Part shown: positions 50,838-60,360 of the stretch, in pieces | How the letters are laid out: every line of letters starts with the position of its first letter | Numbering within the stretch: position 1 is the stretch's first letter | Assembly: GCA_963662945.1 (NCBI GenBank) | Contig: OY759974.1 | Coordinates: forward strand, 1,600,001-1,664,000 | DNA from: Arcobacteraceae bacterium | Lineage (GTDB): Bacteria; Campylobacterota; Campylobacteria; Campylobacterales; Arcobacteraceae | Direction of reading: 5' to 3' | Length of the DNA stretch: 64,000 nt | Notes under the pieces: generated by a model | Databases searched by the model: none | The model's input: the letters and a program-made list of their open reading frames with translations, nothing else | Told to the model about the DNA's origin: nothing | Made by a program: the position numbers and the translations under genes

Positions 50838-51800
50838 ATGAAACAAGATTTAGAACAACTTTTTTTACACATAATTACGAAGGGTAGGAAAGACAATACA
50901 TATAAGTTTGCATTAGGAAAATTTTTATTAGAGATTGCCTTTAATAGCACAGATATAAAAGAAATAAAAATTTCATATGATGATATTGCGGAAGCTTTTT
51001 TAAAGTATTATTGGTTTCAAGAGTGTAAATATAAAATTAAACAAGATTTTAAACAAAATTCTCAACCTCAAGTTATTTCAATTATTCAAAACTATTGTGG
51101 GACTGAATATATTGCAGATAGTTTTGATAAATATTTTCAAAAAAATAATTTTAAAAATAATATTATTCAAGAGATTAAACAAAAATGTTTATATGATGTA
51201 ATTCCAAGATTTCAACCAGACGAATCAAATTTATTTTATAAACACAATCATGAAAAAAGTTTAAAAAAATATAAAATTCCAAAGCAAGAAAATAGATATA
51301 TTATTTTAAATGAAAAAGCAGTAGTTTATTTTAAAACCAATTATGAACTCTTTCACAAAGCACTTATTTTAGAATGGGCTAAATTTTTAGAAAAAACAAA
51401 TTTTACTCCAAAATTAATAGCAAAGATTGAGAATCTTGGCAAAACCAAAAGAAACTCTCTTTTAAAATATAAGAAAATGCTACTTTCAATAGATAAATCA
51501 AATAGATGCTTTTATTGTGGTTGTAATTTAGATAATAATATTCATGTAGATCATTTTATTCCATGGAGTTATGTTTATGATGATGAAATATGGAATTTAG
51601 TATTAAGTTGTTCAAGTTGTAATTTAAAAAAGAGTGATTACTTACCTAGCAAAGATTGTTTAGAAAAAATAAAATTAAGAAATTTTAAATACAATTTTTT
51701 ACAAGTAAATAAAGATATTGACGAATATTATCACAATTGTAAGAAATCTGGGTTTTTAGAATATTCTAGTAATTGTGATAAAAGCCAATTATCACGGTAG
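50838..51800 (+). CDS. HNH endonuclease with N-terminal helical (NTYKFAL) domain
   Basis: CFYC...HVDHFIPWS...WNLVLSCSSCNLKKSD. Confidence 0.9.
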   Translation: MKQDLEQLFLHIITKGRKDNTYKFALGKFLLEIAFNSTDIKEIKISYDDIAEAFLKYYWFQECKYKIKQDFKQNSQPQVISIIQNYCGTEYIADSFDKYFQKNNFKNNIIQEIKQKCLYDVIPRFQPDESNLFYKHNHEKSLKKYKIPKQENRYIILNEKAVVYFKTNYELFHKALILEWAKFLEKTNFTPKLIAKIENLGKTKRNSLLKYKKMLLSIDKSNRCFYCGCNLDNNIHVDHFIPWSYVYDDEIWNLVLSCSSCNLKKSDYLPSKDCLEKIKLRNFKYNFLQVNKDIDEYYHNCKKSGFLEYSSNCDKSQLSR

Positions 51801-51815
51801 TATAGATTAATTATA

Positions 51816-52061
51816 CTATTTAAAAAACTCATTCATATCGCACTCTAAAATTAAAGAGATAAGGTATAAATGTTTTAAATTAAAATGTTGTTTTTTTAGA
51901 TATAGTTCTGATTGCGAAACTAAACCAACAGATTTAAAACCTAATGCTTGTGAAAGTTGGAGTTGTGTTAAGCCTTTTTCTTCTCTTAGTCGTTTAACAT
52001 TTTTCCCAATATTTATATAAAATTCATCAACTATTTTTTCATCTAAATTTTCAATATTCAC
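51816..52061 (-). CDS. XRE-family HTH regulator
   Basis: IGKNVKRLREEKGLTQLQLSQALG...SQSE; GTG start with SD AGGA. Confidence 0.88.
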   Translation of the reverse strand: MNIENLDEKIVDEFYINIGKNVKRLREEKGLTQLQLSQALGFKSVGLVSQSELYLKKQHFNLKHLYLISLILECDMNEFFK

Positions 52062-52074
52062 AATTTTCCTAATT

Positions 52075-52146
52075 ACTAGTAATTACTATTTAAGTTTTGC
52101 CTAATTTTATAATTATATAATTTCTTTATCAACTAGTAATTACTAT
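52075..52146. promoter_or_regulatory. Two copies of palindromic operator TAGTAATTACTA
   Basis: ACTAGTAATTACTAT at 52075-52089 and 52132-52146, between divergent genes. Confidence 0.7.
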
Positions 52147-52161
52147 GTAAAAGGATATAAA

Positions 52162-52635
52162 ATCTCACTTTCAAAATTAAAAATACTAAAGAAGAAGATA
52201 GATAAAAATATTATTGAACTAGAGAAAATATGTCCGTATAGTCGAGATATTTCAGATACTATCTCTATACTTATGTCAAAAAATGCAAGTGATACTATGG
52301 TTAAGATATGGATGCAAGGTGCTTTAGAGTTGGCAAATGATGTTGAAGTCGCTTTAGAAATTCTTTCAAAAAAAGAACAGTTTGATTCAATATCGCAAAC
52401 GAACATAGTACATATTCCTAAAATCTATAGATATGCAAATCCAAAAGAAAAGCTAAAAAAGTTACAAATAGTTATCATAGTTCATATAGAAGAACTAATC
52501 AAACAATATCCATATACCTTACTCATATATAGAAGTATAGAAGACTTACTCAATATGAATGCTTCCGATGATTTGATACAATCTTGGCTCAATAGTATTG
52601 ATGATTTTGTAGCGTTACTTGATATGAAACAATAG
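52162..52635 (+). CDS. Hypothetical protein (start uncertain: ATC 52162 or ATG 52273)
   Basis: Frame open from 52105; SD AAGGA 6 nt before ATC. Confidence 0.6.
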   Translation: MSLSKLKILKKKIDKNIIELEKICPYSRDISDTISILMSKNASDTMVKIWMQGALELANDVEVALEILSKKEQFDSISQTNIVHIPKIYRYANPKEKLKKLQIVIIVHIEELIKQYPYTLLIYRSIEDLLNMNASDDLIQSWLNSIDDFVALLDMKQ

Positions 52636-52786
52636 AATATTCGTATCATTTTTGATATGTATTTATTGATTTTTCATATCATTAAGTCATAATTTACAAA
52701 ACAATTTAAAAGATATAGCTAAAAAGCAGTCTATAATTCACTTTTCTATATAATGACAAAAATCAAAGAGAAACTCGAGGAAAAAA

Positions 52787-53797
52787 ATGAAAACAAATGT
52801 TTCAATAGTTGGAGCTACTGGATATACTGGACTTGAACTAGTTAAAATTTTACATACACATCCACAATTTAACTTAACATATATAGCAAATAGTGAAGGG
52901 GATACTACTATAGATGCACTACACCCTTGTTTGACAAATGTTATCTCAATGGATGTACAAAAAGCAGACCCTAAAGCTATAGCAGAAGTTTCAGAACTTT
53001 GTTTTCTTGCACTGCCTCATAAAACATCTATGTCATTTGCTAAAGAGTTGTTAGCACTTGGTGTTAAAGTTGTAGATTTGAGTGCTGATTATCGACTTGA
53101 ACTTGAAACTTATGAGAAACACTATTGTTCACATGAAGATAAAGAGAACTTACCAAGTTCTGTATATGGACTCCCAGAGTTTTATGAAGCTGAGATAAAA
53201 AAAGCAAATCTTGTAGCAAACCCAGGGTGTTATCCTACAGCTACACTTTTAGCACTTTTACCATTTGTAGAGTTTATAGATGAGAGTTCAAATGTTTTCA
53301 TCGATGCAAAAAGTGGAGTAAGTGGTGCTGGAAAGAAACTCAGTGACACAACACACTATGTAACTATCAATGATAATATTTTCGCATACAATCCATTTAA
53401 ACATCGACATATGCCAGAGATCATAGAAAAAGCAAAACTCCTAAAAAACAAAGAGTTAAAAGTAAGCTTCGTGCCACATCTTATCCCAGCAACTCGTGGG
53501 ATGCTTGTGAGTGTATATACTACAATAGATGAAAAGATAGATGCAAAAGCAATTTTAAAAGAGTTTTATAAAAATAGTGAATTTGTACGAGTAAAAGAAA
53601 CACCAGTAGATATAAAATCAACAGCGGGTACAAACTTTTGTGATATTTTCGTAGAGCAAAATGGTGATGCAATTTTTATCAATAGCAGTATTGATAATCT
53701 ACTTCGAGGGGCTTCATCTCAAGCAGTTGTAAATGCAAATCTTATGTGTGGATTTGAAGCTGGAATGGGAATCAATAAAATAGCTTATGTACCATAG
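52787..53797 (+). CDS. argC: N-acetyl-gamma-glutamyl-phosphate reductase
   Basis: GATGYTG, ANPGCYPT, SGVSGAG and DNLLRGA motifs. Confidence 0.97.
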   Translation: MKTNVSIVGATGYTGLELVKILHTHPQFNLTYIANSEGDTTIDALHPCLTNVISMDVQKADPKAIAEVSELCFLALPHKTSMSFAKELLALGVKVVDLSADYRLELETYEKHYCSHEDKENLPSSVYGLPEFYEAEIKKANLVANPGCYPTATLLALLPFVEFIDESSNVFIDAKSGVSGAGKKLSDTTHYVTINDNIFAYNPFKHRHMPEIIEKAKLLKNKELKVSFVPHLIPATRGMLVSVYTTIDEKIDAKAILKEFYKNSEFVRVKETPVDIKSTAGTNFCDIFVEQNGDAIFINSSIDNLLRGASSQAVVNANLMCGFEAGMGINKIAYVP

Positions 53798-53806
53798 GCG
53801 TGTCAT

Positions 53807-53965
53807 AAATCCAGCATTCAATTTTTTTAAGATTAAATAAAATAGCTTTAGTCGTTAACTACTTTTTATGAATCTTCAGTAATAAAGGTATTAAATACTT
53901 GGCTATATATCTTCAAATCGCGCGTAATTTTTTTGTTAATCTTAAAAAAATTGAATGCTGGATTT
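53807..53965. mobile_element. MITE-like element / long inverted repeat
   Basis: Perfect 30-bp IR AAATCCAGCATTCAATTTTTTTAAGATTAA (53807-53836 / 53936-53965) around a 99-bp core. Confidence 0.55.
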
Positions 53966-53987
53966 GACTTAGTTATGAGTATATAAA

Positions 53988-55517
53988 TTACTGTAAAAGT
54001 TGTTTAGAAAACTCTAAAGCTTCAGTAGTGATATTTTCTCCACTTATCATCCTTGCAATCTCATTGATTCTTTCCTCTTTGTTTAGAGGTTTTACAAAAG
54101 AGATATTATTCTCTTTTTTTACTAAGAAATGTTGGTGAGCTGTAGCACTTAGTTGTGGTTGGTGAGAGATAGCAAATATTTGATAGTTTTGTGAAAGTTT
54201 ATTTAAAACTTGTGCGATACTTGCAGATTCTTTTCCACTTAAGTTTGCATCAATCTCATCTAAGAATAATATCCCATTTGTATCTATCTCGTAGTGACTT
54301 CTAGCAGTTAAAAGAGCAAGTCTTAGACGATTGAACTCACCACTACTTATTTTGTCTAGTTTTGTATTGTTTAGTGTAAATTCTATAGTGTCAATACCAC
54401 TTGCATCTAAACTTTTGATTTCCATATTTATATGAAGATTTTCAAGATATAAAAATTTGAGATACTCATTTATTTTTGATTCTAGAAGTGGTAAGTTCTC
54501 TTTTCTTTTACTAGAGATAGTTTCTGCTAAACTCTCTAATTCACTTGATAATTTATTGATATTTTTTTCTAAAATAGCTTTCTCAAAAGAGATATTTTCA
54601 TACCCTTCTAGTTCTTTTTCTTTCTCTTTTTTGTATTCTAAAGCCTCTTTTACTCCACCAAATTTTTTATTTAATGAAGAGAGTTCTTCTATTCGTGTTA
54701 GGATTTGTTCTATATCCATATCATCATTTGAAGATAAACTATCATAAAATTTTTCAAAGATATTATTTACTTCATTTATAGCTTCATCAAAAAAAGTACT
54801 ATCTTCATCAATAAGATGTAAAGCACTAGAGATTTTGTGAGTGTTGTTTAGATATGGTTGAATTTCGCTTAAAACTTCATCTACTTTATCTTTTTTCGAT
54901 AGGTTATCTTTGATATGTTTTAACTCATCATACTCATCCTCTTTTGGGTCAAGTTTTTCTATCTTTTCTATCTCAAATTTTGTGTATTCGATGAGGTCAT
55001 CGAGTTCTTTTTCATCATTTTGTATTTTTGTGAATTTTTTTTGTAAAGTATGAAACTCTTCATATTTTGTTTGAAATTCTTCTAAAATTGCTTTGTAAGA
55101 GTTATGATTTGTAGAAGTTAAAAAATCTAAAAAAGAGATGATTTTATGGCTATCAAAATCACTCGTATCTTTTAAATGAAGATGTTTAGAAAAAGTTGTA
55201 GTAAAATCTTTAAGATTTTTCTTTGAGATGATTTGGTTGTTTAAAAAATATCTTGTTTTTGTAGAGGTATTTTGTTTGATGATAATATCATCTTCATTCT
55301 CTATTCCATAACTTTCATCTTCAATTTTTAAGTTTTCTAGTAACACTTCACTAATAGTAGCTTTTGTATCAGTTGAACCAAATAAAGCTAAAATAGAACT
55401 CATCAAAACAGACTTTCCAGCACCGCTAGGCCCTGTAAATACTACTAATCCTTTTTGAAACTCTAACTCTATTTGTTCAAATGACAAATAGTTTTCTAAA
55501 TAAAATCTACTAATCAA
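53988..55517 (-). CDS. recN: DNA repair protein RecN
   Basis: FTGPSGAGKS, SSGEFNR, LDEIDANLSG and ISHQPQ motifs; TTG 55517 overlaps the nadK stop. Confidence 0.92.
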   Translation of the reverse strand: MISRFYLENYLSFEQIELEFQKGLVVFTGPSGAGKSVLMSSILALFGSTDTKATISEVLLENLKIEDESYGIENEDDIIIKQNTSTKTRYFLNNQIISKKNLKDFTTTFSKHLHLKDTSDFDSHKIISFLDFLTSTNHNSYKAILEEFQTKYEEFHTLQKKFTKIQNDEKELDDLIEYTKFEIEKIEKLDPKEDEYDELKHIKDNLSKKDKVDEVLSEIQPYLNNTHKISSALHLIDEDSTFFDEAINEVNNIFEKFYDSLSSNDDMDIEQILTRIEELSSLNKKFGGVKEALEYKKEKEKELEGYENISFEKAILEKNINKLSSELESLAETISSKRKENLPLLESKINEYLKFLYLENLHINMEIKSLDASGIDTIEFTLNNTKLDKISSGEFNRLRLALLTARSHYEIDTNGILFLDEIDANLSGKESASIAQVLNKLSQNYQIFAISHQPQLSATAHQHFLVKKENNISFVKPLNKEERINEIARMISGENITTEALEFSKQLLQ

Positions 55518-56386
55518 TTTGCACCCCAATGTAATTTTTTATTTAATACATCAAAATAGTTTCTTTCACTTCTATGTATCAGTTGTGCTTTTGAAGAAGC
55601 TATTTGTATAGTGATGATCTCATTTGGTTTTAACTCATAAGTATCGTGACCATCTATAATAGCTATGGCACTTTGTTTGTTTTTATTTTCAAATGTTATT
55701 TTAAAATCAGCAGGTAAAACTAACGGTCTTTGTGTTAAAGAGTGTGCTGAAATAGGTGTCACGATAAATGCATCAGTTAGTGGATATACTACTGGTCCAT
55801 TACAAGAAAGATTATAGGCTGTTGAACCTGTTGGTGTTGAGATAATAAGTCCATCTCCTGTATATTTATTAAATAATCTTTCATTAACTCTTGCATCAAG
55901 TGTTATCATTCCTGTAACATTTTCTCTTGAAATAACTACATCATTAAAAGCAACTATCTCTTCATCATTTATCGTAGCTTTTATCATCATACGATGATCG
56001 ATTCTATATTGATCTTGTGTAAATTTTTCTAAAAATGATTGTATCTCATCTGGCATAATATCTGTAAGAAAACCCAAATGCCCTAAGTTGATACCCATAA
56101 CTGCTTTTTGATAATGAAATCCTCGTCTAGCAACAGAGATAAGAGTACCATCTCCACCTAAAGTTACTAAAAAATCACTTTTTTGACATAATTCATCAAA
56201 ATCAATTCCACAATCCATTTTAAGTTCATTGGCACTTTTTTTTTCAAGAAGTACAGTAATATTAAAATTTTCAAATGTTTTTTTTATATCTAAATAAATA
56301 TCTTTTATATCAAAACAGTTTGGTTTGAGAATAAAACCAGCAACAGCTTTTTTTTCTAAAAGTTTATTATTTCGTATTACATTCAT
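55514..56386 (-). CDS. nadK: NAD kinase
   Basis: LGGDGT, GHLGFL, FND and DGLIISTPTGSTAY motifs. Confidence 0.96.
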   Translation of the reverse strand: MNVIRNNKLLEKKAVAGFILKPNCFDIKDIYLDIKKTFENFNITVLLEKKSANELKMDCGIDFDELCQKSDFLVTLGGDGTLISVARRGFHYQKAVMGINLGHLGFLTDIMPDEIQSFLEKFTQDQYRIDHRMMIKATINDEEIVAFNDVVISRENVTGMITLDARVNERLFNKYTGDGLIISTPTGSTAYNLSCNGPVVYPLTDAFIVTPISAHSLTQRPLVLPADFKITFENKNKQSAIAIIDGHDTYELKPNEIITIQIASSKAQLIHRSERNYFDVLNKKLHWGAN

Positions 56387-56389
56387 AAG

Positions 56390-56830
56390 TTACCCTCTGA
56401 GTTTTTCAGCTTCGTTTTTTGCAAGTATATCACATCTTTCATTTTGTGGATGTCCTGCATGCCCTTTTACCCAATTTGCTTGAACAGTGTGTAATTTTGA
56501 TACTTCTAGATACTCTTGCCAAAGTTCTAAATTTTTTACAGGTTGTTTCCCTGCTGTTCTCCAATTGTTTTTTATCCAGTTCGTAAGCCATTCATTGATA
56601 GCTTGAACTACATATTTACTATCACTATAAAGTTCCACAAAACATGGTTCTTTTAAAGCTTTTAAACCTTCAATGACCCCTTGAAGTTCCATTTGGTTAT
56701 TTGTAGTGTAAGAATCACCTCCGCTGAGTTCTTTTTCATGACCATTGAACTCTAAAATTGTACCCCAACCACCAGGTCCTGGGTTTCCTAGACTAGAACC
56801 ATCACTATACAGTTTAATTTTTTTTGCCAT
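56390..56830 (-). CDS. rnhA: Ribonuclease HI
   Basis: SDGSSLGNPGPGG, TTNNQMEL and WVKGHAGHPQNERCD motifs. Confidence 0.97.
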   Translation of the reverse strand: MAKKIKLYSDGSSLGNPGPGGWGTILEFNGHEKELSGGDSYTTNNQMELQGVIEGLKALKEPCFVELYSDSKYVVQAINEWLTNWIKNNWRTAGKQPVKNLELWQEYLEVSKLHTVQANWVKGHAGHPQNERCDILAKNEAEKLRG

Positions 56831-56837
56831 ATTTTTC

Positions 56838-57890
56838 CTAAACTAAACTTGCTAAATTAATAGTTGGTTTTCCTAATTTTGGCTCAACTGCAAAAGAAAA
56901 AAGGTCATTACAATGAGGACATCTCGATTCAAAAATTGGGTGTGTTTTTTTACATTTAGAACAGATAAACTCAAAATTTAAATCAAGTTCTGATTTGACA
57001 GGTGAGTGTTTTACTGAAATAAGCGCATTAAGTTCAAAATTTTTACTTTGTTTTGCTTCATCTAAAATAAAACCTTTGGCACTATAAATCTCTTTGAGTG
57101 TATCAGAGGCACTTACTTTTTCCCAATCAATATCTTCAAAATCTAAATACCATAAATAATCAATAATTTTCATAGGATTAAATTGCTCTATTTGTTCCCA
57201 AAAAAGTTCTTTGTTAAATTTTATAAGATAATTAGCAATAATTCTTTCAAGGTTTTTATTTGCAACAAAGTGTTCAAAAAGGTGTGTAGATTTTTTTTCA
57301 AAACTTAAAATAGGATCATCAATAATGGTTAAAATATTAAGATAAATTCTTTCTTTAATAATATCTTCATCAAGTTCTTCTAAGGCATCTAATACTTCGT
57401 TTGCTCTTGTGTATTCATTTAAATTTTGGAAAATAAGAAGAAGGTGTTTTAATGCAACTTTATTTCTTGGACGAAATTTCAATATTTTTAAATAAATATC
57501 TTTACTTCGTTGTAACAAACCACTTTTGAAATATGCATTTCCTAGTAATTCCAAAAGTTCCTCTTTTTTAACAGGCTCTTTTACATGCTCCAAAAGTGCT
57601 AGATATACTGAGATAGCTTTATTGTGTTTACCTTCATGGATAAATGAAGATGCTAAAAGTATAATAGAATCAAAAGGAAGATTATAAGTAGAATAAAGAT
57701 GTGTATAGTCTTCCTCTTTTAAAGTTCCTAATTCAAATCTTTGTAAAAGTTTTCTATACTCTTTTCTTGATTGTTTTTCTTTGTAGATATTGAGTGAGTA
57801 GGTTAAAAATGATGCTATAAATACTATTGTAAATATAACAATGACACCAATTAATGGATCTCGATAATCTAAGAGTTCTAATTCTAACAT
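56838..57890 (-). CDS. Membrane TPR protein with C-terminal rubredoxin-like zinc ribbon (YciM/LPS-assembly-regulator-like)
   Basis: N-terminal TM, TPRs (LGNAYFKSGLLQRS), CSKC...CPHC. Confidence 0.75.
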   Translation of the reverse strand: MLELELLDYRDPLIGVIVIFTIVFIASFLTYSLNIYKEKQSRKEYRKLLQRFELGTLKEEDYTHLYSTYNLPFDSIILLASSFIHEGKHNKAISVYLALLEHVKEPVKKEELLELLGNAYFKSGLLQRSKDIYLKILKFRPRNKVALKHLLLIFQNLNEYTRANEVLDALEELDEDIIKERIYLNILTIIDDPILSFEKKSTHLFEHFVANKNLERIIANYLIKFNKELFWEQIEQFNPMKIIDYLWYLDFEDIDWEKVSASDTLKEIYSAKGFILDEAKQSKNFELNALISVKHSPVKSELDLNFEFICSKCKKTHPIFESRCPHCNDLFSFAVEPKLGKPTINLASLV

Positions 57891-58402
57891 TATTTAAACC
57901 TATAATTATTGAGTTTAAAAATCGTATCTTCTGCTATTTGAAGCATTTTAAGATTTAATTGTTTATATTGAATATTATCAATGTTTAATAATAATTTATC
58001 GTATATTTCACTATAAGGATATATATTAAAATATAAAAATTCTTTATCATCTTCTGTGATACTTAATTCTGCAAACCAAGTAGACAGTAGAGCGAAACAA
58101 AGCATAGCAGGATTAAAAACATCACCTTTTGCAAATTGTTTTGAAATGTTTTTATTTATATGTTCATAGGTTTTAATGATTATTGCAATACGAGTAACTC
58201 TTGTATTTCTCATATAATAATCATTTGGTTGTATTGCAACATTAATCGCTTTATGCAATTGTTTTGTTTGTTCATCAATAAAAGTTTTTATATCCGTTGA
58301 TATATCGAAAATACTATCATCACTATTTTCATAAGAAAGTATTAACTCTCTACAAAATAGCAGTAGTGCTTCAGATTTGACTTTTGATGAATTGATAATC
58401 AT
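57890..58402 (-). CDS. Hypothetical protein
   Basis: 170-aa ORF translationally coupled within the operon. Confidence 0.75.
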   Translation of the reverse strand: MIINSSKVKSEALLLFCRELILSYENSDDSIFDISTDIKTFIDEQTKQLHKAINVAIQPNDYYMRNTRVTRIAIIIKTYEHINKNISKQFAKGDVFNPAMLCFALLSTWFAELSITEDDKEFLYFNIYPYSEIYDKLLLNIDNIQYKQLNLKMLQIAEDTIFKLNNYRFK

Positions 58403-58406
58403 AGCT

Positions 58407-58721
58407 TTAGTAGAATAACCTAATTAAAAAACTGATAAAAGCTTTTTCAACATTTTTATCACTAATAGTTTCATTGTCTTGTGCTGATTTTTCTATTAAC
58501 ATAGACATTTGATCAACTAAATATTTCATATCTAAATCACTGAGTTTATTAATATTTGTAACAAGTTTTTGTTTTATCTCAAAAGAATCTAATCCCTCTT
58601 TTTGCGCTATACCAAAAGCCATATTATCAAGTGTTGTCATAATATGTGATGGCAAAGTATTAAAGTTTGGTTCTGTGTTTTGAGATGCTAGTTGTTGCTG
58701 TAAAAGTTTTTCATGTAACAT
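58407..58721 (-). CDS. Hypothetical protein
   Basis: 104-aa ORF with SD AGGAG, in operon. Confidence 0.7.
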   Translation of the reverse strand: MLHEKLLQQQLASQNTEPNFNTLPSHIMTTLDNMAFGIAQKEGLDSFEIKQKLVTNINKLSDLDMKYLVDQMSMLIEKSAQDNETISDKNVEKAFISFLIRLFY

Positions 58722-58741
58722 AATAAATTCTCTCCTAAAGT

Positions 58742-59659
58742 TTAAAAACTGTTCGATATAACAAGTATTAATACTGTCATCATAACAATACCAGCACTTT
58801 TATTATACAATTTGTTTGCTGTAATAAATACTAACATTACAGATACTATTAACGCTGCTAATACATCAAAAAAGTTTGCATTAAGATTTACATTTAATGG
58901 ATTAAGAATAGAACTCAATCCTAATACCATTGTAAAGTTTGCCACATTACTTCCAATAATTGCACCTATTGCCATATCTGCATTATTATTTCTTGCTGCT
59001 TGTATACTTACAACGAGTTCTGGTAAACTTGTTCCAAAAGCAACTAAAAATAATCCTATAATCCACTCACTAATTCCAAAAGTTCTTGCAATATTACTTG
59101 CACTGTCAACAGCAAAATCAGCACCACCAACAACAAAGATAAAACCAATTGTTAAAAGAGTTATTGATTTGCCCCAAGCAAATGGTTCATTTGCCAACCC
59201 TTCATCAATCTCTTCCATTTGATTACTTTGAACAAGAAAAAGCAAATAAGCACCCATAAGCATTACAAATAAAAAACCATCTAGCTGACTAAGTTTACCA
59301 TCTATACTCATTAAGATAAAAATAAGTATAGGGAAAAGTGACCAAGAAGAATCTTTAGCAAACAAATCTCTTGTTGGTTCTATTTTTTTTGCTATTAAAA
59401 AAACAGCCCCTAATACAAGAGAAATATTGAAAATAGTACTTCCTATTACATTTGCAACAGCAATATCACCATTTCCTTTTAAAGAAGCTCCCATACTTAC
59501 AGCCATTTCTGGTAAACTAGTCCCAACAGCTATAAGAGTTGCTCCTATTACAAATGGAGAAATATTAAAATGTAGTGCTATCTTTTCACTTTGTTCGATA
59601 ATAAAATCTGCACCATAAATTAATGCGCCCATTGAGACTATAAATATTACTATATCCAC
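58742..59659 (-). CDS. Calcium/sodium antiporter (YrbG/CaCA family)
   Basis: Two alpha repeats GTSLPE...GSTIFN / GTSLPE...GSNVAN. Confidence 0.93.
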   Translation of the reverse strand: MDIVIFIVSMGALIYGADFIIEQSEKIALHFNISPFVIGATLIAVGTSLPEMAVSMGASLKGNGDIAVANVIGSTIFNISLVLGAVFLIAKKIEPTRDLFAKDSSWSLFPILIFILMSIDGKLSQLDGFLFVMLMGAYLLFLVQSNQMEEIDEGLANEPFAWGKSITLLTIGFIFVVGGADFAVDSASNIARTFGISEWIIGLFLVAFGTSLPELVVSIQAARNNNADMAIGAIIGSNVANFTMVLGLSSILNPLNVNLNANFFDVLAALIVSVMLVFITANKLYNKSAGIVMMTVLILVISNSF

Positions 59660-60082
59660 TTAACTGTTCCTTATTATTAAACTATCTGGAAGATTGAATT
59701 TTTTTATTAATTCTTCCTCTTTTTGTCTGTGTTCTCCACTATCTGTTTCATGATCATATCCAAGTAGATGTAATAATCCATGGATAAAAAGTAATGAAAG
59801 TTCATCTTCAAAACTATGATTATATTCTTTTGATTTTAAAGCAACAAAATCCGCTGAAATTACGATAGAACCTAGTGGTGTATTTGGCATTTTCTCATAT
59901 GGAAAACTTAATACATCAGTAGGTTTATCAATTCCTCGTGTTGTTAAATTTATTTCATGAATCTCTTCATTATCTGTAAGAATAAATTCTATCTCTTCAT
60001 CTGATAAACTTTGTGCGATATTATTTAAAAAATCAACACTAATTTCATAGTTAGAATTATTTTCAAATACTAAATTGAACAC
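59660..60082 (-). CDS. ybeY: rRNA maturation RNase YbeY
   Basis: PTDVLSFP and HGLLHLLGYDH motifs. Confidence 0.96.
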   Translation of the reverse strand: MFNLVFENNSNYEISVDFLNNIAQSLSDEEIEFILTDNEEIHEINLTTRGIDKPTDVLSFPYEKMPNTPLGSIVISADFVALKSKEYNHSFEDELSLLFIHGLLHLLGYDHETDSGEHRQKEEELIKKFNLPDSLIIRNS

Positions 60083-60345
60083 TTATTAATGCCTAACTCA
60101 TGCATTAAAGCTTCACAAAACTCACCACTCTCTCGACCAATTCCTTCTGTTTCAAATTCAATTGAAAAATTTCCAGCAGTATCACTAATTGCACGTCGAA
60201 TAACACTAGGGAAAATTTGCATTTTTTTCTCTATAACACCAATTGCAGCTTGAATTTTTTTCTTGCTTTCATCGTTGTTGTATTCAACACTCATTCTCAT
60301 GTATCCCTCTTCCATTTTCATATCAGCACACATATCTCTTGACAT
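60070..60345 (-). CDS. Hypothetical protein
   Basis: 91 aa, SD AAGGA, overlaps the ybeY start. Confidence 0.7.
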   Translation of the reverse strand: MSRDMCADMKMEEGYMRMSVEYNNDESKKKIQAAIGVIEKKMQIFPSVIRRAISDTAGNFSIEFETEGIGRESGEFCEALMHELGINKCSI

Positions 60346-60360
60346 ACTTAATCCTTTTAA

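Noticed and set aside
20722-51800. A dispersed Zorya system (ZorB-like domain plus HNH as ZorE)
   Set aside because: No zorA, the ZorB-like domain lacks its TM helix, and the HNH gene is about 29 kb away in a different context.
50208-51800. Classical type II restriction-modification pair
   Set aside because: The methyltransferase is only 206 aa and lacks amino-MTase or C5-MTase catalytic motifs.
52143-52406. Minus-strand 87-aa ORF
   Set aside because: Antisense to the better-supported plus-strand gene with SD and operator.
50151-52786. Islet as prophage or integrative element
   Set aside because: No integrase, tRNA or flanking direct repeats seen.
21850-55529. ORF-track starts 23238, 26946, 27021, 30706, 45962 and 55529
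   Set aside because: Downstream starts have better SD/promoter context or gene coupling (23196, 26916, 27039, 30721, 45947, 55517).
56838-57890. TPR-rubredoxin gene as part of the Lap adhesin system
   Set aside because: Only a name clash (LPS-assembly LapB/YciM); it lies in the housekeeping rnhA context.
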